Sequence record: NC_025447.1
Strand: one strand, 5' to 3'
DNA length: 64,000 nucleotides
Positions 31,645 through 40,198 of this stretch are shown here, one piece after another (within the stretch, counting starts at the first letter, position 1; each line of letters begins with the position of its first letter). Both the position numbers and the translations under genes were made by a program. The notes below the pieces were generated by a model. That model saw only the letters and a list, made by a program, of their open reading frames with translations, did no database searches and was not told where the DNA came from.

Positions 31645-32009
31645 GCCTTGATACAACCCGTGCAACAGATTTATTCACTCGTCTGAATGATGAAGAATAT
31701 CTTGCTGAAATAAAGTACAAGCTTGAAAAACTGGCTCGAAGTGCTGAAGTAATTGAAGTTAAAGGTCATTTACCAATGGATCAATTCCATACGTTCAAAG
31801 AAGATATGGTTTATTATCCAAATGAAATTTGGATTGAGTGGGAACATTGGACTAACAAAACTCTACGCATTGAAGGTTATTGTGTGAATTATGAATCTGA
31901 ACCTGGTGATGTTACAAAAACTCTCTCCATTTGGTGTACAAAAACACATGAACTAGTTGAGGTGAATTTGAATTATATGAAAGGTTTCCGTTGGGGTGAT
32001 ATTCAATGA
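31641..32009 (+). CDS. hypothetical protein
   Basis: ORF track. Confidence 0.75.
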   Translation: MSLDTTRATDLFTRLNDEEYLAEIKYKLEKLARSAEVIEVKGHLPMDQFHTFKEDMVYYPNEIWIEWEHWTNKTLRIEGYCVNYESEPGDVTKTLSIWCTKTHELVEVNLNYMKGFRWGDIQ

Positions 32010-32281
32010 TTAAAAAACTATTGACAGTTGTCTTTGTATTCTGTACAATGTTTCTTACAGCATGTAATGATGACGGCAGGTTTAGTGCAAAAGACTTAGT
32101 TCGTCAGGATTGTACATTCACAGGCAAGTCTTTTATTAACGAGTATGAAATATGTACACAATCAGGTCGTATCTGTGGTGGTTGGGAAAAACGTCAGGAG
32201 CGATTGTATGTATATGAATGCCCTGGACATCACAACAAAGTACTAAGCACACACAAACTTGTTTATGATAAGGTTGAATAA
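32006..32281 (+). CDS. Cys-rich lipoprotein
   Basis: Lipobox LTA-C; four further Cys. Confidence 0.7.
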   Translation: MIKKLLTVVFVFCTMFLTACNDDGRFSAKDLVRQDCTFTGKSFINEYEICTQSGRICGGWEKRQERLYVYECPGHHNKVLSTHKLVYDKVE

Positions 32282-32496
32282 TGACTACCAATGAAATGAT
32301 GCAGGTTATTTGGGATAAAGGTTGTGATATTAAAATCACCAGTACTGAAGTTCGTGTATTCAAAACAGAATATATGGAGTACTTGGACCTTGATACTTAT
32401 AATAATATTGTATCAATTGAACACAAAGGTGCAGTACTGGAAACGATTGATGTAGTTCTCAAGAAAGCTACCGACCTATTAGGAGTGGTAGTGTGA
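32281..32496 (+). CDS. hypothetical protein
   Basis: ORF track. Confidence 0.7.
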   Translation: MTTNEMMQVIWDKGCDIKITSTEVRVFKTEYMEYLDLDTYNNIVSIEHKGAVLETIDVVLKKATDLLGVVV

Positions 32497-32639
32497 ATAA
32501 CAAAGAGTGGGAAGATTACCGCAAGAAGTGCCGAGAGTTTGATAAAGAACTCACAGGTGCAGTGAACGCGGTAATGTGGGTATCTGCAATTATTGCAGTA
32601 CTTGGTTTGGGTGCTATTATTATTAATAAATTATTCTAA
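32493..32639 (+). CDS. 48-aa C-terminally anchored membrane protein
   Basis: GTGA coupling; SD AGGAG; manually translated. Confidence 0.55.
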   Translation: MNNKEWEDYRKKCREFDKELTGAVNAVMWVSAIIAVLGLGAIIINKLF

Positions 32640-32647
32640 GGACTAAT

Positions 32648-32848
32648 ATGTTTACTTTATATCTTGCAGTAGTACTAACTAATGGTGAAATCACTCGCAC
32701 CGTTGGTGAAGGTGTATATAAAACACCTGATCAGTGTTACTCTGCAACTCATTGGCCTCGTGATGCTGGTGATGAAACTCGCACTGAATACAAATGTATG
32801 AAGGTTAAAGGTGACTTTGTAAATCTAAAGGTTATTGAGACTAAGTAA
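32648..32848 (+). CDS. hypothetical protein
   Basis: ORF track. Confidence 0.7.
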   Translation: MFTLYLAVVLTNGEITRTVGEGVYKTPDQCYSATHWPRDAGDETRTEYKCMKVKGDFVNLKVIETK

Positions 32849-33366
32849 TGGATATTAATGAGTTGTTGAAATTAGTGTTTAATCGTGAACGCCGCGATAC
32901 AAGACCAATTGAATATCAAGATGTGATACGCATTGAAACTGATTTCTGTTATGGTAAAACAACTCATGATCTTTTGAATCTCTCTGGAAAACGCTATGCT
33001 GATGTTTGTTTTTCAGAGAGAAGTGATGGTTCAGAAATAACAAGTACTGATATTGTTTGTTACGCACGCAGTGCTGATAAATCTTATGAAATAGAACTTA
33101 TATATTCCCCTAGTTCTAAAACAAATCATCACCGCCATATTTTATATGATGTTTACACACCACCTGGTATTGCTGAATATTTTGTTATTGATTATAGTAC
33201 TGAAGAAAATGTGTTTCAACAAAGTTTGATTCATAACTTTGAGGTGAATGATCCATTAGTACCAAAGTTGTTCAAACTACTTGACACCATCGATGTTGAC
33301 TTTGAATTTGTTATGTGCATTAGAACTTCTTTATTCAATGAATTCATGGAACTTTTTAATATATGA
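32848..33366 (+). CDS. EExxFQxS-motif family protein
   Basis: TEENVFQQSLIHN. Confidence 0.8.
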   Translation: MDINELLKLVFNRERRDTRPIEYQDVIRIETDFCYGKTTHDLLNLSGKRYADVCFSERSDGSEITSTDIVCYARSADKSYEIELIYSPSSKTNHHRHILYDVYTPPGIAEYFVIDYSTEENVFQQSLIHNFEVNDPLVPKLFKLLDTIDVDFEFVMCIRTSLFNEFMELFNI

Positions 33367-33584
33367 ATAGATACTATGTTGTGTATGAACACGTCTCTGA
33401 ATTTAATAACATACGCGGGTTTTCCAGAGTAGTCACCAAGATGGATGTATTCATTCGTGCTCTTAGTGAAGTAGATGCACTGTTTAAATTGTTTGATGAA
33501 ATTACAAAGTATAACACACCCAAAACACACCGCTATGTGGAAACTGTACATAGCATTATGCTAACTGAAAGTGATGAGGAATGA
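33363..33584 (+). CDS. hypothetical protein (triplet member 1)
   Basis: ORF track. Confidence 0.7.
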   Translation: MNRYYVVYEHVSEFNNIRGFSRVVTKMDVFIRALSEVDALFKLFDEITKYNTPKTHRYVETVHSIMLTESDEE

Positions 33585-33587
33585 TAA

Positions 33588-33806
33588 ATGAATTTATATC
33601 TAGTTGAAGGTTTAGTACAAGTCTATAAACCAGAAGGTGAAGGTCAACGTTTTTCACACGTAGAAGAATTTAAGTACGTTGTACAGGCTGATGGTCAGTA
33701 CGATGCGGAAATTCAAGTAGATGAATCATTCCGTAAGAAAAATGAAATTGGTAAATTTCAATACCAGAACTTACAATACAAAGTATGGCCTAGCATAAAT
33801 GACTAA
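33588..33806 (+). CDS. hypothetical protein (triplet member 2)
   Basis: ORF track. Confidence 0.7.
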   Translation: MNLYLVEGLVQVYKPEGEGQRFSHVEEFKYVVQADGQYDAEIQVDESFRKKNEIGKFQYQNLQYKVWPSIND

Positions 33807-34014
33807 GATGTGGTGGTGTCATGGTGTATATAACGTGTATGTAAATGGTAGATATAAAATGTCTAGTACCTATGCAAGACGTGTTAATGCGAACAACCAA
33901 GTTGATGCTGCCTGTGAGATCATTGAGTGGTATGCTGAGTTCAATGCACCTGACTATATGTACGAAATAGTTACAATAAATGTTGTACAAATAGATACAT
34001 TTTTGATACAATAA
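33799..34014 (+). CDS. hypothetical protein (triplet member 3)
   Basis: ORF track. Confidence 0.7.
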   Translation: MTKMWWCHGVYNVYVNGRYKMSSTYARRVNANNQVDAACEIIEWYAEFNAPDYMYEIVTINVVQIDTFLIQ

Positions 34015-34120
34015 CCACATCAAAAAATTGCATCTGAGGATACTTATGTTAGTTAATCTTAATTTCATCACTTCACCTGACTGGGCATTACGTGGGGTTT
34101 CTTTAAACTTCAAGGAAACT

Positions 34121-34708
34121 ATGTTTGATTACATTGGTGAGTGTACATTGGTAAATGCAACTTTTGACCCAAATCATCCGTTCTGGGCTGAAATTCATGA
34201 TCCAACTGTAAACAACAATACATCTGTTATGACTATTGTCCAGACTAAACATGCAGGTATCCTTGCAGGTTATCGACCTGGACATGCAATTGAACACTTC
34301 ACTGATTACGATGTAGTGGATGAATACCCAATGATCCATGAAGATGGAAGTCTATACACATCTGAAGACTTCCGTGCTATCTTTAATAGTACTGATGATA
34401 TTCTACCAAGTGGACGTCCACGTCCTGAGTCTTATCTTATGCATCCATCTTATGGTGTAGCAGATACGCTTGAACAGATTATGAATAAGTACAAGAACCT
34501 AATTGAAGGTCCAGAAGAAATTGTCCTGTGCTATCACCCAGTACTTAAGTCTGAACAACCAAAGGATGGTGGATGGCGTTGGCATAAGAATGGTGAGTAT
34601 ATCGGTACTAAACGAAGTAAAGAACGTTTTGAGTACTTGTATGATGAACCAGATGTTGATGTGGTTTTGTGTTATAATTTTATTAAGGTGAAAAAGAAAT
34701 GTATCTAG
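34121..34708 (+). CDS. hypothetical protein
   Basis: Start moved to ATG34121 (SD AAGGA). Confidence 0.8.
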   Translation: MFDYIGECTLVNATFDPNHPFWAEIHDPTVNNNTSVMTIVQTKHAGILAGYRPGHAIEHFTDYDVVDEYPMIHEDGSLYTSEDFRAIFNSTDDILPSGRPRPESYLMHPSYGVADTLEQIMNKYKNLIEGPEEIVLCYHPVLKSEQPKDGGWRWHKNGEYIGTKRSKERFEYLYDEPDVDVVLCYNFIKVKKKCI

Positions 34709-34941
34709 TACTAAGTTTTGTTGTTGCACTATTGTTTATGTTCTATCCTACACTAGTGGCATTAGCCACTAGACGAACGATGGTAGATCTCACTACTGTA
34801 TTCTTGCTAAACGTGGCATTAGTACTGGTGTCTATTATCATTCCAGTGAGCTTTACAGTTATTGATATTATTTCGGTATTACTCTTCGTGTTAAGTTATC
34901 TTATGCTTATTGAAGAAACAAATGTTGACAAACGTTCGTAG
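34699..34941 (+). CDS. small membrane protein, weakly T4 Imm-like
   Basis: FYPTLVALATRR..VFLLN pattern. Confidence 0.45.
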   Translation: MYLVLSFVVALLFMFYPTLVALATRRTMVDLTTVFLLNVALVLVSIIIPVSFTVIDIISVLLFVLSYLMLIEETNVDKRS

Positions 34942-34952
34942 TACTGTATAAT
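34925..34952 (+). promoter_or_regulatory. sigma70-type promoter with AGTACT in spacer
   Basis: TTGACA-16-TATAAT. Confidence 0.7.
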
Positions 34953-34998
34953 GGTTCCTGTAGTCTGAAACTTAACACTTAAACTTGAGGTAAAAAAT

Positions 34999-35325
34999 AT
35001 GCTATCAGTACTAATTTCAATTCCGTCTTTAATTCTGATTTGGCTTCTGGTTTACGAATGCTTTATTACTGATGATAATGATAAAAAAGAGTTCTCTGAG
35101 TTGTTTATGCTTGATTCACCGATTGTGCGTATTTTCTATACAGTCGTTGTGGTTTCAGTAATTGTATGGGTTTTGAGTTTTATCTTCCCACTCGGTGCAG
35201 TAGTTAAAACTTTGGATTTAGTTGAGAACTTTGTTGCAATTATGTGGCTAATCAAAGCACTATTTGCAGGAAATGTTAAAATTTGGATTGATATTATCAA
35301 ATTCAAGTTCACGAATAAGATGTAA
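34999..35325 (+). CDS. 3-TM membrane protein
   Basis: Hydrophobic segments; SD GAGG. Confidence 0.75.
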   Translation: MLSVLISIPSLILIWLLVYECFITDDNDKKEFSELFMLDSPIVRIFYTVVVVSVIVWVLSFIFPLGAVVKTLDLVENFVAIMWLIKALFAGNVKIWIDIIKFKFTNKM

Positions 35326-35350
35326 CAGTGAAAATATCTCTATAGTATTA

Positions 35351-35385
35351 AATACTTCTGTACATATATATAGTACAGAAGTATT
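35351..35385. terminator. 13-bp inverted repeat, terminator-like
   Basis: AATACTTCTGTAC/GTACAGAAGTATT. Confidence 0.55.
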
Positions 35386-35403
35386 TCTCGTTAGAGGTTT
35401 GTT

Positions 35404-35763
35404 ATGAAGAGTTATATAAAATTAATAGCACTTGTGTGTGCATTATTTTCATGTTTTAGTTATGGTGCAGCAGCAGAAACATATTGTCGTAGTACTAAGG
35501 GAACGTGGCATGTATTGACTAACGACCCTAGAAATGGTAAAAATATAGTTGTTGATGGTGTGATTTATCGTTTTAAAGTAGAAAGTATTATCGGTAATAA
35601 AAAAATCTCGACTTATAGAGATGATTCTGGTACATTAGCAAACGTAATATTAATTGTAGACCCAAGAACTGGTAATGGTGATATCTATATAGTAATTTAC
35701 TTGGACTCATCGGTACGCCGTGACCTAGATATAGATAAATTGAACTTACACTGTGAAATATAG
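35404..35763 (+). CDS. secreted protein (signal peptide)
   Basis: Signal peptide; VDGVIYRF motif. Confidence 0.75.
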   Translation: MKSYIKLIALVCALFSCFSYGAAAETYCRSTKGTWHVLTNDPRNGKNIVVDGVIYRFKVESIIGNKKISTYRDDSGTLANVILIVDPRTGNGDIYIVIYLDSSVRRDLDIDKLNLHCEI

Positions 35764-35774
35764 GACTTAAAAAA

Positions 35775-36152
35775 ATGGTAAACACTATTTTACTTTTGTT
35801 GTTGAATATTCCAATTATTCTGTCTTTTTTAATTTCTATTTTTATGGCAGGATATTGTTTAGTTGCAGTAATTCATTTCATTTTAACAAACAAATATGTC
35901 CTAATTTCTAAGCTTGATTCTATTTTTGCTTGCGATTCGATTGCTTATAACTTGTGGTTAATTTGTTCTTGCATTATGGGAGTAACTTTCCTTCTGCATG
36001 TATTTGATGTCCTTGACCAAAAGTTCGTATACATCAGTACTGGATTGGCTCTTTATCCTGCTACGTGGTACTTGATTTACGTTGGTGATATATGGTATAG
36101 TACTTATAAAGAATATCAGTACAAGAAATCACTTAACGTTGGAGGAAAATAA
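35775..36152 (+). CDS. 3-TM membrane protein
   Basis: Topology like the 43.8 and 51.6 kb arrays. Confidence 0.7.
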   Translation: MVNTILLLLLNIPIILSFLISIFMAGYCLVAVIHFILTNKYVLISKLDSIFACDSIAYNLWLICSCIMGVTFLLHVFDVLDQKFVYISTGLALYPATWYLIYVGDIWYSTYKEYQYKKSLNVGGK

Positions 36153-36154
36153 TC

Positions 36155-36505
36155 ATGAAAATTATTTTATTTTTTGTATGTATGTTAATGTGTGGATTGT
36201 CATATGCTGAACCATTGGAAGGTTTAGTTTGTACAGATGGTAATATTAAACATATCTATCAAGGTGATAGTGACGATAGAGATATTGTATATATTGATGG
36301 ACAATCATATACGTTTGTTAAAGAGCATACAGTAGGCGACATTAGCTTCACTGAGTTTTCTAACGACACAGACCCTAACTTCTTAGCGTTTATTGAAGTA
36401 GATGTATATGAAGATAGTAATGGTACACAATATGCTAAATTAGTTATGATGCGTCGTGGTGCTAAAGAAACTAGTTTTGGTGGCTTGTGTAAATATAAGG
36501 ATTGA
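36155..36505 (+). CDS. secreted protein (signal peptide)
   Basis: SYA cleavage site; IDGQSYTF motif. Confidence 0.75.
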   Translation: MKIILFFVCMLMCGLSYAEPLEGLVCTDGNIKHIYQGDSDDRDIVYIDGQSYTFVKEHTVGDISFTEFSNDTDPNFLAFIEVDVYEDSNGTQYAKLVMMRRGAKETSFGGLCKYKD

Positions 36506-36509
36506 TATT

Positions 36510-36701
36510 ATGTTGATTTATCAAGGTGATAATATTCGTGTTATGCAGCATCCCTACTTACAAATCTTTGATGTGCAGCAGTATATGGAAGGTGATGACC
36601 CAAGAACCTATGGTCGTAAGTATGATTACTTCACTGTAAAGCAGTGTAAAAATATTAACGAAGTACGACAATTAGTTCAAGAACTTCAAAACAAAGGTTG
36701 A
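36510..36701 (+). CDS. hypothetical protein
   Basis: Start moved to ATG36510. Confidence 0.7.
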   Translation: MLIYQGDNIRVMQHPYLQIFDVQQYMEGDDPRTYGRKYDYFTVKQCKNINEVRQLVQELQNKG

Positions 36702-36727
36702 CTTCGGTCAGCCTTTTTTGTTATAAT
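36693..36727 (+). promoter_or_regulatory. terminator-promoter hairpin cassette, copy 1
   Basis: AAAGGTTGAC-TTCG-GTCAGCCTTT; TTGACT-18-TATAAT. Confidence 0.85.
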
Positions 36728-36755
36728 TCTCTTAATAAATTAGAGGATTTTAATT

Positions 36756-37196
36756 ATGTATGTATATCGTTTTGAACTTAAATTTAGTTACATTGAACCT
36801 AACTTAGATCCTGCACGAACTGTAGGTCCGTTTGCACGGTATTCAACCAGATACAGTACTAAAAATGGATTTGACCGTTTGCTCATGACTACACCTTCTC
36901 AATTCCAACCTGAACCAACTGAGGATGGGATCTATTCAATCAAAAGTGGATGGGTATTTGGCTGTCAAAGTTTGAAAGATTTGTTCAGATTCTTCACTAT
37001 GGACTTAGGTAAATTGCATCGTGCTGGGTTTGCTATATCTGTATATGAAGTTCCAGACCACCATGTAGACATTGGTCGTAATCAGGTTCAGTACTATTGC
37101 GGTAGTGCTAAATTAGTTCGTATCATGTCAGTTAAGGAAGCAAAGGATGAGTTCCGACAAAGTAAAAGAGAAACACATGAGGTAATATATGGATAA
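36756..37196 (+). CDS. hypothetical protein, possibly ADP-ribosyltransferase-like fold
   Basis: VYR..GPF..FGCQS..GF.ISVYEV..QV pattern. Confidence 0.35.
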   Translation: MYVYRFELKFSYIEPNLDPARTVGPFARYSTRYSTKNGFDRLLMTTPSQFQPEPTEDGIYSIKSGWVFGCQSLKDLFRFFTMDLGKLHRAGFAISVYEVPDHHVDIGRNQVQYYCGSAKLVRIMSVKEAKDEFRQSKRETHEVIYG

Positions 37197-37533
37197 AACT
37201 CAAATAGAATTAAAGAAATTTGTTTCATTCTATCTTCCTGATGACCCACGTAATTCACAAAAAGATATTGAATATTATAATATCCTATCTAAACAGTTAA
37301 TGAGAAAGTTTCAACAGTGTTTAACTATATTCAATACAGATGGAAGACGTAGATACCGAATCGTTTCAATGAATGATGAAAACGCAAATTTCTTTGATTA
37401 CGATGTGGTTTTTAGAGCATATAATGATGATCGTATAAAATTAAATTATGATCAAATTATACTTGACCTGAATGTTATATGTGTTATAATCACTCACGTA
37501 GCCGAACTTAATGGTTTTAAAGAATGGTATTGA
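37189..37533 (+). CDS. hypothetical protein
   Basis: ORF track. Confidence 0.7.
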   Translation: MDKTQIELKKFVSFYLPDDPRNSQKDIEYYNILSKQLMRKFQQCLTIFNTDGRRRYRIVSMNDENANFFDYDVVFRAYNDDRIKLNYDQIILDLNVICVIITHVAELNGFKEWY

Positions 37534-37547
37534 ATAAAGGATAACAT

Positions 37548-37814
37548 ATGAAGCTTAAATTACAATATAATGGATTTACTTTACGTAATGATACTGAATT
37601 TATTAATCGTTCTCCTGGTGCTGAACTGTTTTTACGAGAGATGAACATTCCTTTCATCATTACTACAGTGGGCGACCGTGAAGTTCTACAATACGCAGAG
37701 CATCCGATCATTGATGTTCCTTGGTACTCTGAGCATATGTACATGGATATGGCACGTCGCTACAACTGTAAGTTCGTAGTTGAAGGTGATAAAATTACAG
37801 TCGAATTTAAATAA
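37548..37814 (+). CDS. hypothetical protein
   Basis: ORF track; SD AAGG. Confidence 0.75.
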   Translation: MKLKLQYNGFTLRNDTEFINRSPGAELFLREMNIPFIITTVGDREVLQYAEHPIIDVPWYSEHMYMDMARRYNCKFVVEGDKITVEFK

Positions 37815-37825
37815 GGTAAATTAAA

Positions 37826-38119
37826 ATGATCAGTACTTCAGTTAATGAAAGCATCGTCGCTGACGTAGAAATGGTTAAAGAATGTGCAGATGAAACTCTT
37901 CGTGATATGTACATTAATGATTTAATTACTGAATACGGTAGTCGTGGTGTACACGAATTTATTCGTTTAAGTGGAGAGTTGATGAAAAATCGAATTCGTA
38001 TGAAGCTTAACGTACATCCAAAAGCATGGGCATTTACATTAAAATACGCAGAAGATATTGTGAATTTGCGTCGAACTGAAGTATATGAACGTTTACACAA
38101 TGGTATGTTAGATAAATGA
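37826..38119 (+). CDS. hypothetical protein
   Basis: ORF track. Confidence 0.75.
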   Translation: MISTSVNESIVADVEMVKECADETLRDMYINDLITEYGSRGVHEFIRLSGELMKNRIRMKLNVHPKAWAFTLKYAEDIVNLRRTEVYERLHNGMLDK

Positions 38120-38128
38120 TTGTAAAAT

Positions 38129-38154
38129 AGGAATTCTTAAATGAATTCCTTTTT
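38129..38154 (+). terminator. intrinsic terminator
   Basis: AGGAATTC/GAATTCCT plus T run. Confidence 0.65.
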
Positions 38155-38171
38155 GTTTATAAGGTATAGTA

Positions 38172-38393
38172 ATGAAATATATAGTACTTGTACTGATATT
38201 ATTCAGTACTGTTGTAAGTGCTAAACAAAAAGAATATGTTAAATGTATAAATTACGAAGAGAAATATGTTGAAACATATAAAAAAAGTATAATTAAAAAC
38301 GTTTCTATTACTGACCGAGGAACAATCATTGTACTTAAAAATGGGTTAATTATGTTATATAAACCACACGTTAAATGTGAAATTATTAATTGA
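38172..38393 (+). CDS. small secreted protein
   Basis: Signal peptide with VSA site. Confidence 0.7.
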   Translation: MKYIVLVLILFSTVVSAKQKEYVKCINYEEKYVETYKKSIIKNVSITDRGTIIVLKNGLIMLYKPHVKCEIIN

Positions 38394-38400
38394 GGAAATT

Positions 38401-38973
38401 ATGAATCGTAAAGGTCGTTTTAAAGTATCAAAAAAGAACAAAAGTTCTAGGTTTAAACCTATTGTTTTAACAGTTAAATCTAACAAAGATTTAACTGCAC
38501 TTAGTAAAAAGATAATTTCATCTAAGATTGAAGTATCATACGTAAATTCATTAAAATATATGAATGTCAAACCACTGGACCAACTCATTTCACTTATATT
38601 TGAACGTAATGATTTTGAGATATCAGTAGATGATTATAGAGCCTATAATGCTGGTTTCATTAATGTTACTTGTAATAAAAAACTAACTGAGTTGGAAAAT
38701 TTGTCATGTATAATAAATCTAGATAAAGGTGTTGTGAAGTACCATTTTGTACATTTCACTAATATCAATAATGGAATGGGTGTACAATCCAGACCTATAG
38801 TGCCTACGTGTGATGTTACTAAATTAGCAAAGCTCAATGATGAAGAATATTTTCAAGAAAGCATTGTAACTGAGCATTTAGATGATATAATAGCTACTTA
38901 CAAAGAATGCATATGGGTGTTGAATGCTATAAAACCTAAATTGTGTTTAATGAATATTGTTCGTGATTTATGA
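38401..38973 (+). CDS. EExxFQxS-motif family protein
   Basis: NDEEYFQESIVTE; start moved to ATG38401. Confidence 0.75.
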   Translation: MNRKGRFKVSKKNKSSRFKPIVLTVKSNKDLTALSKKIISSKIEVSYVNSLKYMNVKPLDQLISLIFERNDFEISVDDYRAYNAGFINVTCNKKLTELENLSCIINLDKGVVKYHFVHFTNINNGMGVQSRPIVPTCDVTKLAKLNDEEYFQESIVTEHLDDIIATYKECIWVLNAIKPKLCLMNIVRDL

Positions 38974-38986
38974 ATGGGGAATCGTA

Positions 38987-39430
38987 ATGAGTTGGGTAAA
39001 TGTTAATAGTATTGAACTTAACGAACAAGATATTTTTGCATTTGTAAATTTAACTAATAACACAGTACTAAAAGGGCGTTTGTTCAGTGCTAGTGATGGG
39101 TACAAATGGATCTCTTTGATGGATGATAGTGGTGTGATTTATAATGTAATGCAATTACCCCAATGGGTATATAGTAACACTGCTGACGATGTTCTTACCG
39201 CAGTTATGCGTGAGTTTGAAAAACTCCCAGGTGGTGATATCAAAAACAAAGTTTTTAATGCAGAACGTAAAAATTATACAGCACAGCAATTGGAATCCCT
39301 TGCCATTGCTGCTTATCAAGCTGCTATTAAGAAGCCAGAGTGCGTTATTCTTAAGTATGTACCAGACTTAAAACTTACGTTGGAAGACATGGATGCATTC
39401 ATTTTTACATCTGAACTTGAACAGTACTAA
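38987..39430 (+). CDS. hypothetical protein
   Basis: Start moved to ATG38987. Confidence 0.75.
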   Translation: MSWVNVNSIELNEQDIFAFVNLTNNTVLKGRLFSASDGYKWISLMDDSGVIYNVMQLPQWVYSNTADDVLTAVMREFEKLPGGDIKNKVFNAERKNYTAQQLESLAIAAYQAAIKKPECVILKYVPDLKLTLEDMDAFIFTSELEQY

Positions 39431-39501
39431 TTTAACTTTGGGACAACCATTCTTATTATGATATAATGTTTTATGTCATTCGATATAAATGACAACGGAA
39501 C

Positions 39502-39509
39502 TATAAATA
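39502..39509 (+). promoter_or_regulatory. T4-like late promoter motif
   Basis: TATAAATA 37 nt upstream of ATG39546. Confidence 0.5.
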
Positions 39510-39545
39510 TTATAGTAAAATTTATCTCTTATAGGAGTTATAAAA

Positions 39546-39929
39546 ATGGTTGATAAATGGAATAAGAAAGATCCATCACATGATGTTGATATTTCTGGTC
39601 TAGACAATGCACATAAGCACAAGTATCTAGATTCACTAGGTCTTCTAAAACCAGACCAAAGTCTTGCACATGATCGTCCATCCCGTGAAAAAGCATTTAG
39701 CCTAGAATCACTAGGTCATGAGCTTAATCGTGTGTTTGAGGATCACCCAATCTATGTACGTGATATTATCGAGAAACTTAAAGTAACTCCTAAAGAGCAC
39801 TTTAAAGCAACTGTACACTCTGCATTCCGTGCATTACATGAATCTCTAAAGAAAACTCACAATCTTCGTAAAATTCATGATGAAATCGTGAATGCAATCG
39901 AAAGTGAAAAACATAAGTTCAAGAAGTAA
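39546..39929 (+). CDS. helical H/K-rich protein, paralog of the 40199 N-domain
   Basis: KYLDSLGLL vs RYVNSLGLL; SD AGGAG. Confidence 0.8.
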   Translation: MVDKWNKKDPSHDVDISGLDNAHKHKYLDSLGLLKPDQSLAHDRPSREKAFSLESLGHELNRVFEDHPIYVRDIIEKLKVTPKEHFKATVHSAFRALHESLKKTHNLRKIHDEIVNAIESEKHKFKK

Positions 39930-39930
39930 T

Positions 39931-39968
39931 AAAAAGGGTTGACTAAGGTCAGCCCTTTGTTGTATCAT
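39931..39968 (+). promoter_or_regulatory. terminator-promoter hairpin cassette, copy 2
   Basis: AAAAAGGGTTGAC-TAAG-GTCAGCCCTTT; TTGACT-18-TATCAT. Confidence 0.8.
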
Positions 39969-39997
39969 AACTTCTCAATATAACTGAGGTATCATAT

Positions 39998-40111
39998 ATG
40001 CAAGGTTTAAAATTTGTAGTTGCTGCACTCATCGCCGCAGTACTGGTTGGTGGTGTATTCTATGTAGTGGATCAAAAAGTAAATCCACCTGCACAAGAAC
40101 AATCTAAGTAA
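39998..40111 (+). CDS. 37-aa single-TM microprotein
   Basis: SD GAGGT; MQGLKFVVAALIAAVLVGGVFYVVDQKVNPPAQEQSK. Confidence 0.7.
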   Translation: MQGLKFVVAALIAAVLVGGVFYVVDQKVNPPAQEQSK

Positions 40112-40117
40112 CAAAAT

Positions 40118-40157
40118 AAGGTTGACTTCGGTCAGCCTTTTCTTTATACTATAAATA
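40118..40157 (+). promoter_or_regulatory. terminator-promoter hairpin cassette, copy 3, plus TATAAATA
   Basis: AAGGTTGAC-TTCG-GTCAGCCTT; TTGACT-17-TATACT; TATAAATA at 40150-40157. Confidence 0.8.
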
Positions 40158-40198
40158 TAGACATAGAGAAAAAAATGAAATCTATGGAGAGAAATCAA

